Notes under the pieces: generated by a model
What the model saw: the letters and a program-made list of their open reading frames with translations, nothing else
Databases searched by the model: none
Told to the model about the DNA's origin: nothing
Translations under genes and position numbers: made by a program
NCBI RefSeq assembly: GCF_001194135.2
Contig: NC_069000.1
Coordinates: 3,578,935-3,613,226, forward strand
DNA length: 34,292 nucleotides
Source: Octopus bimaculoides
Taxonomy: Eukaryota
Direction of reading: 5' to 3'
Part shown: in pieces, positions 1-12,225 of the stretch
How the letters are laid out: every line of letters starts with the position of its first letter
Numbering within the stretch: the first letter of the stretch is position 1

Positions 1-68
<68 letters not shown>
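1..68. repeat. (AG)n microsatellite
   Basis: Pure AG dinucleotide run at the window start. Confidence 0.98.
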
Positions 69-71
<3 letters not shown>

Positions 72-2742
72 TCTGTATATATACACTCGCAACAGGTTTC
101 CTCTAAACGTACTCCTGTCGTAGCCGATGCCTTTGTCGTTTTTGCCATTGTAATTGTAGCTGCTGCTGCTGTTGGTGTTTAGGTACAGGTAACCCTTACA
201 AGCACATCTATTTATTTCTATTTATAAGGTAGTAAAATGTGATTTAAAGGAAGAATAAATACAACTTTTAGCTGCGCCACAGACTCGTTTCTCCTACTCT
301 AGAGCATAGCGTTCTACGTCCAAGAATGATAAAATATGTCTCAGCCAATTATTATGGCCATTATATTCAAATATAGCATTTCTGAAATTACATTGACTTC
401 TACACATACTTGAATTCAATATTTAAAGAAAGAGCTGGATCCAACACTACTAGTTACTTAGTGATGTCACTTTTCTCTAAAAACTCTCTATGCGTAATTC
501 TTATGTCTATTCGGCCATATAGTACTGTAGTATTTTAAATCCAGTATACATACCAGTCTAATATATATTAAGTGAACGACCAGAAACAAGAAAATCAAAC
601 GGGCAAGTGTTAAGCACGTGAAAACCACTACAAAGCTCCTTTACATTATCTCCGTATCATAGATGGAAGATGAATGTCAGTCAGTCGGCATCAAAACTGC
701 TATGGTATATTGCAAGGTAATAGTACAATGACAAGTTAGTCGTTATTGCAAAGATTTTAATCACAGAATAGCTTCAGCAGGCTTGATTTTGGAAGATGAA
801 TAACAGCAACAAAACCAACGTGACAATAACGTTAATATGTTTATTAGTTCGATGAGATTCGATTTAAACGCATAACTGAAATGTATTCATAATATTGATT
901 TTTTCCGTTCATATCCCAAGCTTAATANNNNNNNNNNNNNNNNNNNNNNNNNNNNNNNNNNNNNNNNNNNNNNNNNNNNNNNNNNNNNNNNNNNNNNNNN
1001 NNNNNNNNNNNNNNNNNNNNNNNNNNNNNNNNNNNNNNNNNNNNNNNNNNNNNNNNNNNNNNNNNNNNNNNNNNNNNNNNNNNNNNNNNNNNNNNNNNNN
1101 NNNNNNNNNNNNNNNNNNNNNNNNNNNNNNNNNNNNNNNNNNNNNNNNNNNNNNNNNNNNNNNNNNNNNNNNNNNNNNNNNNNNNNNNNNNNNNNNNNNN
1201 NNNNNNNNNNNNNNNNNNNNNNNNNNNNNNNNNNNNNNNNNNNNNNNNNNNNNNNNNNNNNNNNNNNNNNNNNNNNNNNNNNNNNNNNNNNNNNNNNNNN
1301 NNNNNNNNNNNNNNNNNNNNNNNNNNNNNNNNNNNNNNNNNNNNNNNNNNNNNNNNNNNNNNNNNNNNNNNNNNNNNNNNNNNNNNNNNNNNNNNNNNNN
1401 NNNNNNNNNNNNNNNNNNNNNNNNNNNNNNNNNNNNNNNNNNNNNNNNNNNNNNNNNNNNNNNNNNNNNNNNNNNNNNNNNNNNNNNNNNNNNNNNNNNN
1501 NNNNNNNNNNNNNNNNNNNNNNNNNNNNNNNNNNNNNNNTATATATATATATATATATATATATTGGCGAAATTTGGGGTTAGCAGGTGATGCATAAGGC
1601 TATGGGAGACGGTCTGCGCAAGCATTCATGGTTGTTGGTTGGTAACCTAGTCTTTGGTTGTGGAGCAGCCAGTGCATGGAACAAGGAGCAGAGCACAGAG
1701 ACATACGGTGTTGTTCTAGAGAACGTGAATGCCTTGCACATTTAAGTGCATTCATACACATACGCACAGACACGCACACAGACAGACGCATAAACACACG
1801 CATATATAATTCCAGGTTTGATGATGCAAACAGGAAAATAGTATTCAAAACATGAGTATACATATGTCTTTTATTAATAATCAACAGAGGACACAAAGTG
1901 ATTCATGTGCCGAGAGTTTCGTGCCTGTATGAACATAGATAGATACATTCGTGAATCTAAGTCAGCTTTCTTACACTTCGACCGACAATGCTTCTGTCAG
2001 GAAGTTTTACAAGATTCCTTTACAAACCTCAATAGGTATCGACTAGAAAATGTTCATTCAGCAATTTATTCCAGCATTGTGTCTTATTTCCTTAATTTCA
2101 CTTTGAAACGAGATCAAATAAACATAGCGAATCCATCATATTCCATGTTAAAAGCATAAATTTAAAAGAATCCTTAGAAATACGGAATAATGACCAAAGC
2201 TTATAATCTTTCAAATCGATTTTAAAATCTGCGTTAGTTTATTTGGCTTTAATTTTCTTGAGTTGCGTAGCGGGAATCCTGTTCTATTTCCTCTTGCTAG
2301 GTATTGATTTATTAGCATCGAATTGAATATTCCATGCTATAGAATATAACCGCCTATATACTGACTTTTTAAAGATATCTCCAAAGATTTTCTATAGATA
2401 TTTGAACCAGCAGTGGAAGTTGCGCCGTTTCGTATACGAATACTTTTATGCAAACACTGCGATCGAAGATAGAAAAATAAGTAATGGGTGTATATGGATG
2501 TTTCATGAACTTGCACTCCTTCTTCAGCGCCATACCCAACTCATTAACCATCCACAAACACATTGCTGAAACAGCCACAAAATTTTGCGTTGTAACACAA
2601 TTGGACATGTCCATTTTACACATTGAACATATTCCCAGCAATTGATGTGTGCACTTTCGTTTGCGTGATTTGTCTTAATGAGTAGTCAAATCCCCATCAG
2701 AATAAATCGTGCACCTTTGCCTACACCAGCGAGAGAGAGATA

Positions 2743-3420
2743 TCTGACGTGCATTCCAAAAATTTTCAGAATTCTTCAGGAGAGAAATCTGAAATATTAA
2801 TATCAAAAAAGTACAAAACTTTAATCTCTTTTAATGTAAGATCCTCTGACTTCAATGCACATGATGTAACGCTCTAAACTCTTTCGTGAAAACTCCCTGA
2901 AAGTCCGCCAAAGTTACGACGTCCACCAACCTTGACACAATCTCTTTCATCTTCGAATCGACTGCCTGTGAGGTTCTCCTTCAGTTTGGAGAACGACCCA
3001 ATTTCATAGTCTGTAGAGAAGGTGATTGACACGTTTGATATTTATCTCTATCAAATAATTTGTTACCGGGATGCTTGTCACTGAGAATCTTTGAAAAAAA
3101 CTTTGCACAAACGTTGCGCATGCTCAGATCTTCATGAATAAACCTGTGTACATTTGCCACACCAAGACCAAATTCTATACTTATTGACTTTGTGCTCTCA
3201 CATCGAGAACATTGCGAATTTGCTAAACCAGCCCAAATGATATCATGTCCATCTCCCTCTCATTCATTTAATCGTCCATACCCTCTTATCGGTCCTCTTC
3301 GAACCTATTGTTCCAGTGAAAATTTAATCCATGAGCACTATGCTGTTTGTTTGTTTTTTGCCCAGTATAACACAAAATTTTTACATTGACTATTTCCAAT
3401 GTAACTTATTGGTTATGGAA
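2743..3420 (-). mobile_element. Internally deleted, decayed Tc1/mariner (mariner-type) transposon
   Basis: Minus-strand translation gives mariner transposase remnants. N-terminal: FHWNNRFEEDR (cf. FxWHxRFKEGRE) and GVANVHRFIHEDLSMRNVCAKF (cf. HxILHEDLxMRKVCARWVP). C-terminal: FSKLKENLTGSRFED and LERYIMCIEVRGSYIKRD*, stop at 2821-2823. TIR-like GTGCATTCCAAAAATTTTCAGAA at about 2749-2771. Most of the catalytic core is missing and there are stops and frameshifts. Confidence 0.85.
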
Positions 3421-3427
3421 TTCTTAC

Positions 3428-3681
3428 TGTTGCAAGTAGCAGAGCGCTCTCCAGACACGCGCATCCTTACCATATTTCTGAGGGTGATGCAGAGTGACAC
3501 GCCGAAAATTACATGGCTGACCTTTTGAATTAAAGATGCAACTCAATTTTGCTGGCTGAGTTGGCTGGAAGAACGCGAAATAAAATGTCTCTCCCAAGGG
3601 TTCAACGCGCCGCCGGGATGCGAACTCACGGCATTGTGATAGTGAGCCGAATTCACAAACCTCTAAGCCACGCACCTTCAC
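3428..3681 (-). mobile_element. tRNA-derived SINE, family C
   Basis: Minus strand begins GTGAAGGTGCGTGGCTTAGAGGTT (A-box-like), then GAGTTCGCATCCC (B-box-like). This is followed by a body related to the copy at 18847-18953. Confidence 0.8.
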
Positions 3682-4797
3682 TTCCATGGCAAATGCACCA
3701 ACAACAATGACGCCATGATGCAAGACATAAGTTATGCTACTACCAAATGAAATTCATTATACAGGTCGATATCTATTCCCATTTTAGTCGGACGTTTCTT
3801 TTCAATTATTGAAATTATTGAACTCAAATGTACTAGCATCCGTATCTGGTTCTCTAAAATAACTTAGAAGTTTTTTGCTTTCACTGAAACTATAAACATT
3901 AAAATCGACAACGTGACAGAATATTAGGCTAGCGTACTACATAGAGAGTTTTGCTACGTACCATTCATTACAGATCTATTTGATTAGATGTTTGGTGCAG
4001 AAATGGTCGATGTAAGTGCTTCCATTGAACAGATCCATTACTCTAGACAGACAGCGCTTATTGGATCTAGATAAATTGAATTCGTTTATCAATCATCTGA
4101 GTTCGCTAAAATACATAGATACATTCTTGTGATGTTCATTTATCAATTATACCCATTGGCCCAAAACTATTTGTTACTGTCTAGACGAAAGAAATGGAGT
4201 TATTTTAATGGCATTCTTAAAATGGAATAGAAAGGCTAGTTAACTTTCAAACGGTCACCGATTTCCCAAAACTATTTTGTGGTTAAGCCAAAGAAGGAAG
4301 ATCAGCGTGAATGGTTATTCTAAAGACTTCTGTGACCGGTGAAGAAGTACGAAGATAACTATTCTCAAAACGGAGACAGGGATCGAATGCCTGCAAAGAA
4401 ACAAAGTCAAAAGTGACCAGACGATTGAGTAAAATCAGGAGAGATTATATCAAATAGCGCTACGACAAGCATCTCCAGCCTAATCACTTCTACATACTTT
4501 CTCTCCAATAAAATTTTCTTTATTCGTATGTGATTGATTTAATGTGGTTGATTTAATGAATATATACACAGGGCGATGCGCAAATAGGTTTTGCACTATG
4601 TATATATATACGACAAGCCAAAAGTTCCGAATAGGTTTCGTCTCGCTCCGAAATGTATTATGCTTTTTTAAAAAAGAGAGTTCTTTAAAATGATCTTTAT
4701 CGTTATATAAACCGTAGCCTTCTGCTGCATCAGAACATACTACCTTAAAACACTACAAGACATTCTAATAATGGAAACAATTCTGAACATGACTGAC

Positions 4798-4943
4798 CTT
4801 TTTGTTGATGTTGTAGTAGATGTCATCGCCCACCGCCAGTTGGCGCTCAGTAATCAAAAGCATTAATTGTGTGACTCTCTCACCGTCTTCTTTTTGTGGA
4901 GTTCCAGTGCCTGTTTTGTCGGTCAGTTCCGAATAAGCTCTGA
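4798..4943 (-). CDS. Internal coding exon of a putative VWA-domain protein (alpha4-beta4 region)
   Basis: Acceptor ctctagttgtttcag, donor AAG|gtcagt. 146 bp, phase 1 to 0, open frame xRAYSELTDKTGTGTPQKEDGERVTQLMLLITERQLAVGDDIYYNINKK. It resembles the AFxxL...xQxIMLITDG segment of alpha2delta-type VWA domains and the LIILLTDGxPTVGE segment of ITIH-type domains. The family call is from remembered motifs, not a search. Confidence 0.7.
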
Positions 4944-6138
4944 CTGAAACAACTAGAGATCAATAGCGTGCTAGACTTGAACCTTCCGTACGGTAATGTT
5001 CCTATTATTCATGAATAATGCTTTAGAAATAATGATAGAGAATTGGTTGATATTTCTAATAGAACTTGCGTCCACGGAAATGGTTCGGCCAATTCATAGA
5101 AAACGCTTGCCGCGTCCAATGTTTCATAGTCGGATATGAACGCTTAGCTTGGCGTAAGAGGAAGACATTAATTATAGCCAACCAATCTGGATGTAGCTGT
5201 GAGTTGTGTCAAAGTTTCGGACATATTTCAAATGGTGATGAAAGGAAAGGCAATTTCCTATCTGAGCAGAGGGATATAATATTTCTCTCATCAACACGGA
5301 GCCTTCGGACAGTAATCCACTAGTTTATTAACATTATCAATTGGTAAGCTAATATTTTCCCTCTGATTATGGATCAGTTTACGTGAAGGCCTGTAAATCA
5401 ATAAAAGCCACCATTTGTCTTCCAATAGGAAGATACGGATTTTGCATTAATGTTGCTATCAAGAAAGAAATTTATAGGATTTTGTGTGTATAATTATTCT
5501 TCAAGTAGAAACTGTATGTACAAAGAGAAATTATTTGTTGAGCGTCCTTTCTCTGGTTCAGATGTACAAACGTTTGCGTATTATCATGGTTAGAAATATT
5601 TCCCTAGAGAGATACAACACTTCTGCGTATAGACACTAAATCAATGTTCTTTATTGAAAAGTACTTCACTGATCCTATTGAAATCTGCAATGTAATGCAG
5701 AATCAGCTTTTGTATAAATCTTGCGCGTGTTTTATCACGTTAGGCTATACACATGCGCGTCTTTGTATATTTCTTTTAATTTGGTTGTTCAAATGTCTTA
5801 AAAACAAGATGGATTACTCAACGATGCAGAAAAGCGCATTAGTAATTTCAACGTATCGTAAATTAATTAGGTGACAAATAATCTGAGGCAACGCATGTGC
5901 AGTTAAACAACATTACATTCCCACAAGTACAAAAACTCGAAAGTAGCTCTAAGGAAAGACAATTCTAACGACGTTTAACAATTTAACAAGCTTTCATCCG
6001 AATCACTTCGGGTACTACCGTTCCCAGACATAGAATAGCAATTCAAACAGAAGGGAAATAACAATGCAGTATATCATACAACACAGAACAAGGATGTATA
6101 CAAGTTGATGACCTTTGAGCTAAACGATAGACACTTAC

Positions 6139-6184
6139 ATGTTTCATACTTCATTGTTTTTTTAGCGAGGTACAGACTTGTCTT
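6139..6184 (-). CDS. Candidate short exon (KTSLYLAKKTMKYET)
   Basis: Acceptor ccatttacaaccttattgcaacag, strong donor AT|gtaagt. 46 bp, phase 0 to 1, compatible with exon 4798-4943. It is short enough to arise by chance. Confidence 0.35.
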
Positions 6185-6382
6185 CTGTTGCAATAAGGTT
6201 GTAAATGGCAGCAAATTATTTCCCTTTTCTAGATTTATAACTGATACATTCGACACAGTATTTTTGCGATATATTTTTGCGCTTATTGCATTTACATACC
6301 TATGATTGTTTTTGGTATGTTGACAAATGTGTGTGTGTATGTGTGTGTTTTGTTCAAATATGTGTATGTATATATATATAGA

Positions 6383-6762
6383 GGCGCAGGAGTGGCTGTG
6401 TGGTAAGTAGCTTGCTTACTAACCACATAGTTCTGGGTTCAGTCTCACTCCGTGGCACCTTGGGCAAGTGTCTTCTGCTATAGCCTCGGGCCAACCAAAG
6501 CCTTGTGAGTGGATTTGGTAGACGGAAACTGAAAGAAGCCTGTCGTATATAAATAGGTATGTGTGCGGGTATGTCCCCCCACCAACATTGCTTCAAAACC
6601 GATGATGGTATGTTTACGTACTCGTAACTCAGCGGTTCAGTAAAGATAACCGATAGAATAAGTACTAGGCTTACTAGGAATAAGCCCTGTGTTCGATTTG
6701 CTCGAGTAAATGCGATGCTCCAGGTTGGACACAGTCAAATGACTGAAAGAAGTAAAAGAAAA
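6383..6762 (+). mobile_element. tRNA-derived SINE, family A, near full length
   Basis: GGCGCAGGAGTGGCTGTGTGGTAAG head (A box), GGGTTCAGTC (B box), internal TA/TG microsatellite, 3' end CAGTCAAATGACTGAAA...AGTAAAAGA. Highly similar to 18014-18445 and 28883-29165. Confidence 0.93.
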
Positions 6763-7313
6763 TATGTGTAGATATATATATATATATATATATGATATAT
6801 ATGATTTATATATGCATATATATATATATATATATATAGTCATCTCTTGAGCTGTATAAATTCATAAATATCTTTTTGACGCTCATACCGAAACATTAAC
6901 TTATTAACAAATTTTATATCTAGGAAAATATTCTACTTATCCTACTAATAACCGATTTAATGAAGAATATTTAAACGAAGTTCCATCAACTTTTCAAAAT
7001 CTGTTCGTAATAATAGTAATCTCGTTCCAAATAATTACGTTTATTTCTTTTTTCGATCCTTGCTATAAACGAATTAATGAATTGAAAATAAAATATATAT
7101 ATATATCAAATAAATAGTTGTCGCTTCATATATGGGAGACATTTAAGTTTAATGTTGAATTTTGGCTTTGATCATTTGGAATAGTTTTTCACTACACCAG
7201 GTAGAGGTTGATTTGTTGTGACACAAGAGATAATATTGAGAATAATAAATAACCGATGATGTTTAAAACTATTGCCATCATTGAATAGCTATCTATCTAT
7301 GTATCTATCTATC

Positions 7314-7620
7314 TGCCTCCTTCCTTTAAACGGGAAGGAAGAGCTATTTTCATCGTACTTGTGGCTATGGCGAAAGAATGTGTATGGTGGACGCGTCTGA
7401 AAGGTCTAGAGACAAAGACTTTCCTCTCTGGGCAATCTCTCATCAACTTCTTCAAGTATCACCTGAAGAGGAAGTTGAGAGTAGAAAGGGAAGTCTTGTC
7501 TAGTGAATGCTTCAAAAAAAGATGGGTGAATGTAGCAAGGATGGCACGTGTGAACGACGGAGCCATCTTGAGCATAACCCTATGAACAAGAAAAAAAAAA
7601 AATAAAACAAAAAGGCAAAA
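7314..7620 (+). mobile_element. 5'-truncated non-LTR retrotransposon 3' end (Tx1/L1-like ORF2 C-terminus plus A-rich tail)
   Basis: Open frame LPPSFKREGRAIFIVLVAMAKECVWWTRLKGLETKTFLSGQSLINFFKYHLKRKLRVEREVLSSECFKKRWVNVARMARVNDGAILSITL*, stop at 7585, followed by an A-rich run. The hydrophobic-AK...W..R...F...R.ER...F...W pattern resembles Tx1-clade ORF2 termini. Confidence 0.7.
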
Positions 7621-10329
7621 GAGAGTCACTTACTGTTATAGTTTCTTCAATGAGAATATTGACCAAGGTTACCNNNNNNNNNNNNNNNNNNNNNNNNNNN
7701 NNNNNNNNNNNNNNNNNNNNNNNNNNNNNNNNNNNNNNNNNNNNNNNNNNNNNNNNNNNNNNNNNNNNNNNNNNNNNNNNNNNNNNNNNNNNNNNNNNNN
7801 NNNNNNNNNNNNNNNNNNNNNNNNNNNNNNNNNNNNNNNNNNNNNNNNNNNNNNNNNNNNNNNNNNNNNNNNNNNNNNNNNNNNNNNNNNNNNNNNNNNN
7901 NNNNNNNNNNNNNNNNNNNNNNNNNNNNNNNNNNNNNNNNNNNNNNNNNNNNNNNNNNNNNNNNNNNNNNNNNNNNNNNNNNNNNNNNNNNNNNNNNNNN
8001 NNNNNNNNNNNNNNNNNNNNNNNNNNNNNNNNNNNNNNNNNNNNNNNNNNNNNNNNNNNNNNNNNNNNNNNNNNNNNNNNNNNNNNNNNNNNNNNNNNNN
8101 NNNNNNNNNNNNNNNNNNNNNNNNNNNNNNNNNNNNNNNNNNNNNNNNNNNNNNNNNNNNNNNNNNNNNNNNNNNNNNNNNNNNNNNNNNNNNNNNNNNN
8201 NNNNNNNNNNNNNNNNNNNNNNNNNNNNNNNNNNNNNNNNNNNNNNNNNNNNNNNNNNNNNNNNNNNNNNNNNNNNNNNNNNNNNNNNNNNNNNNNNNNN
8301 NNNNNNNNNNNNNNNNNNNNNNNNNNNNNNNNNNNNNNNNNNNNNNNNNNNNNNNNTATATATATATATATATATATATATCAATCAGCATATAGATATG
8401 TATGTATGTATATATGTTTATGTGTATATATTCATTGGTGTTTCTTTTTATATATGTGTCTAGAGTTCAATAAAGAAAACTTTATGAATATATATTTTTT
8501 TTTTGTAAATAGATTCAACGTAGACGCTATGATAATAAATTCTTTCAAAATATTTTTTCTACAGCAAAGAAAGAATTTTTTTTATTTGTCAGAAAAAAAA
8601 TGAAATAAATAATGTACATCATTTATTATATCTACAATGTAGGTTATTTAATTATCTAAATGATAATCTGAAATGAAGATAGGTTAAATCCCTGCATTAG
8701 TCGATAAAATATCCATTTTTTAATATTTTAAATTATGCTTTCAGACTGGAGGAAAATAATTAATAGTACAAAATTTCAAAGAAAAGCAATTTTCAATTAC
8801 CTGTTTGTTTTTATTTCTTGCTTTATTTATTTATTTATTTATTTATTGTTTAATCTCAGACTTTCAATCGTTATTCCTTTTTTCTTTCAGCTTTTAATTT
8901 ATCTCTTTCATTCAGAATTTCTTTCTTTCTAACACATTGGCTTAATATTGTTGAAAGTCATGTGGAAAATATCATATTATTTCCATTTTTGGAATTCTCT
9001 TCATAGTTTCGTTTTATTTTCGGTAGTCGTTTTTTTTAGTTTTTCTTCAAATAACAGTATCTCTCAAAAACGATTAGGCATCATAATTTACAGAAAGCGT
9101 CGATCTAATGTTTCCAATTTAATATTCTATAAGAAATCGGAGACAAATATTACTGTAGAATTTCTGCGATTTAAAATTGATTCTGATTTGAAAAAAAATT
9201 GATTTTAAAGTAAAATATGGGTGAAAAAGTTTTCATTCACCTCAGTCTAGAAAAAGTGACTCTTTCATATCGCGGACTAACACTTGAATTAGTTTTAGTT
9301 CGTTTCATAGCCGATTAGAACATTAAAATCCCGTTGGAAAACGTCAACTTTCTATGAATATTAGGAAGGTTTTCATCACGACTCCGTTTTTGGAAAAAAA
9401 AACGGCTATTTCTAACGCTTATCCAATAGACGAAAAAATGGATTTTAAAATTTTGCTCAGAGATATTATTTCTTCATCTTTAGATGTTCTCAAACGATCT
9501 AAGATTTGATAAGAGAAGAAAAATCCAATGAGTGCCATTTAATTAAGCGATCAATCATTCAATCATTCAATGAAATCAATAAATGTCTTCGGAGGTGAGA
9601 TGTCTCAGTGATTAGATTGCACGTTTAAAATGCTAAGATTTTCAATGTCGTACTTGTATTTCAATAGGACTGTTAAATTGTGTTATACCTCGTTTATTTC
9701 ATCTAGATCTGGTGCCGTCTAACGAGGAAACTTCAAATCGATCACTCGATCTTCTAAAATTCTCAACCAAATACTCTATCTAAATCACGAAACATAAAAA
9801 AGAAGTAGAAATACACGCTTTGGACACTGATAGTATAGATATAAAGAGTATGCGTTGGATTAGGAGTAAATAACAACACCTTAATAGAGAGTATCAGTGC
9901 TTCTTGTTTGCCTCTAGATTTTCTCAGATTGAACAAAGATCACTGGGACTACACATGTGACCATCCCCCAAAAAATTTAACAGCTTATTGGGTTAGCCTT
10001 ACCCTTCTTTAGATGACATGATATGATTTGCGTGACATTTCGCTAACGTTTTTAGCAGGCCTAGCGACTATATTGATGCAGCTTCTTTCGCTTGGAATGA
10101 TACCAATTGTGGCTGCTCTTTTTGCTGCCGTTGTCGTTTGTAATGGCCAGTGATGGAAATTGGAAGAAGCCGTCTGTATATGTGTGTTTGTGTGTGTATG
10201 CCCGAGGTTATCTAAGCATGCATGATTGTTTAAAGCTTGCCCCACCACCACCACCACCACCACCGCCACCAGTGCAGCACTTGACATCACTTAACAATTG
10301 GTGGCGGTTTGCTTACGTCTGTGTGACTT

Positions 10330-10462
10330 AGCTGTCCCTCAAAATTTACCGACTGAATGAGTAGCTACCGAAAACTAAGTACTAGGGTCCTTTTACTTAA
10401 CTCAACTTGTCAAGGAGCTACCCTAGGAATTGTTGCAGTCTGTTAACCGGGAAAAATAAAGG
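10330..10462 (+). mobile_element. Highly decayed SINE-A 3' fragment
   Basis: CTAAGTACTAGG...TTGCAGTC...AAATAAAGGA loosely follows the SINE-A tail (ATAAGTACTAGG...CGCAGTC...AAGTAAAAGA). Confidence 0.4.
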
Positions 10463-10502
10463 ACACGTATAGGTATGTGTACAAATGTGCATGCGATATA
10501 TA

Positions 10503-10536
<34 letters not shown>

Positions 10537-11234
10537 CGTGCGTAGATAGGCAAGTATGCATCTATGCATAGATATATATATGAACGAAATATATANNNNN
10601 NNNNNNNNNNNNNNNNNNNNNNNNNNNNNNNNNNNNNNNNNNNNNNNNNNNNNNNNNNNNNNNNNNNNNNNNNNNNNNNNNNNNNNNNNNNNNNNNNNNN
10701 NNNNNNNNNNNNNNNNNNNNNNNNNNNNNNNNNNNNNNNNNNNNNNNNNNNNNNNNNNNNNNNNNNNNNNNNNNNNNNNNNNNNNNNNNNNNNNNNNNNN
10801 NNNNNNNNNNNNNNNNNNNNNNNNNNNNNNNNNNNNNNNNNNNNNNNNNNNNNNNNNNNNNNNNNNNNNNNNNNNNNNNNNNNNNNNNNNNNNNNNNNNN
10901 NNNNNNNNNNNNNNNNNNNNNNNNNNNNNNNNNNNNNNNNNNNNNNNNNNNNNNNNNNNNNNNNNNNNNNNNNNNNNNNNNNNNNNNNNNNNNNNNNNNN
11001 NNNNNNNNNNNNNNNNNNNNNNNNNNNNNNNNNNNNNNNNNNNNNNNNNNNNNNNNNNNNNNNNNNNNNNNNNNNNNNNNNNNNNNNNNNNNNNNNNNNN
11101 NNNNNNNNNNNNNNNGTCATAAATTAATAGATTGTAATTTGTATTGGGTTAAATACTACGCAAGTCAGAAAATCTATTTCCACTTTTATTTATTTAGAAG
11201 TAAAACTGAAAAGAAAAAAAAATGGAATATCACA

Positions 11235-11273
11235 AATGATGATAATGATAATAATAATAAGAAGAAGAATAAC

Positions 11274-11341
<68 letters not shown>

Positions 11342-11799
11342 TAATAATAATAATAACAACAACAACAGCAACAAGGATAATAATAGTAAAAATAATAATA
11401 AAGTTGGCGACGATTATAATCGTCCTTATCATCATCAGCAACATCGTCATCATAATCAACAGAGATAGAAGCAACAGCAGGAAAAGGAGGAGGGGGACGA
11501 CGAGAAGGAGGAGAAGAGTGACAATGGTAATAATAATAACAATAAATAATGATGATGATGATGATGATGATGATATTAATACTACTAATAATAATAATGC
11601 TGGCGACGATTATAATCGTCATTATCATCATCAACACCACCATCATCATAATCTTCAAAGGTAGCAGCAGCAGCAGCAAAAGGAGGAAGAAGAAGAAAAG
11701 GAGGAGGAGGAAGACGAGAAGGAGTGGAAGGAAAATAACAACAACAACAACAATAACAACAACAACAACAATAACAACAACAACAACAACAACAACAAC

Positions 11800-11830
<31 letters not shown>

Positions 11831-11842
11831 GTAATAATAATG

Positions 11843-11888
<46 letters not shown>

Positions 11889-11900
11889 TAATAATAATAA
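11235..11900. repeat. Compound (AAT)n/(AAC)n/(GAT)n/(GAG)n low-complexity array
   Basis: Long trinucleotide tracts. These explain the poly-N/I/L/Y ORFs in the track. Confidence 0.97.
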
Positions 11901-12193
11901 GGAAAAAGAAGACCCAGTTGCATAAAGATAAACTGAATGCACAAACTGATAAGAGAATTGTTATTTTGCACAGGTGAGTAAAATAAAATGTATGAAGTAT
12001 AGAAGGAAAAACGAGTATGGAAGCAGATAAAAAGAAAAAAAAACAGAACGAATTGAATTGTGGAGAAATCGTTTTTCTTCAGCACGTACGCGCGAAAAGC
12101 ATTTATCATGCGTCAATTATGGTGTTTTAAAATATGATATAAACACATACACAGATACATCTGAGCACACATATTTATAAATACATGTGCATG

Positions 12194-12225
<32 letters not shown>

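Noticed and set aside
663-716. Possible plus-strand 54-bp exon (MEDECQSVGIKTAMVYCK) with ag/gt borders
   Set aside because: It has no recognisable motif or partner exon, and such short AG-GT windows arise by chance.
1590-1745. Small plus-strand ORF (MHKAMGDGLRKHSW...ALHI*)
   Set aside because: No similarity recognised and no splice or promoter support.
5030-5150. Protein-like minus-strand frame (SDYETLDAASVFYELAEPFPWTQ...)
   Set aside because: It is bounded by stops and has no convincing donor site.
6383-6460. tRNA-like A/B boxes at SINE heads
   Set aside because: They are SINE promoters without a full cloverleaf, not tRNA genes.
11406-11653. Repeat-spacer-repeat arrangement with a palindrome, superficially CRISPR-like
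   Set aside because: There are only two units, the spacer is microsatellite, the context is eukaryotic, and no cas genes are present.
11903-11980. Consensus plus-strand donor CAG|gtgagt at 11973
   Set aside because: The upstream acceptor context is purine-rich and embedded in microsatellite, so no credible exon results.
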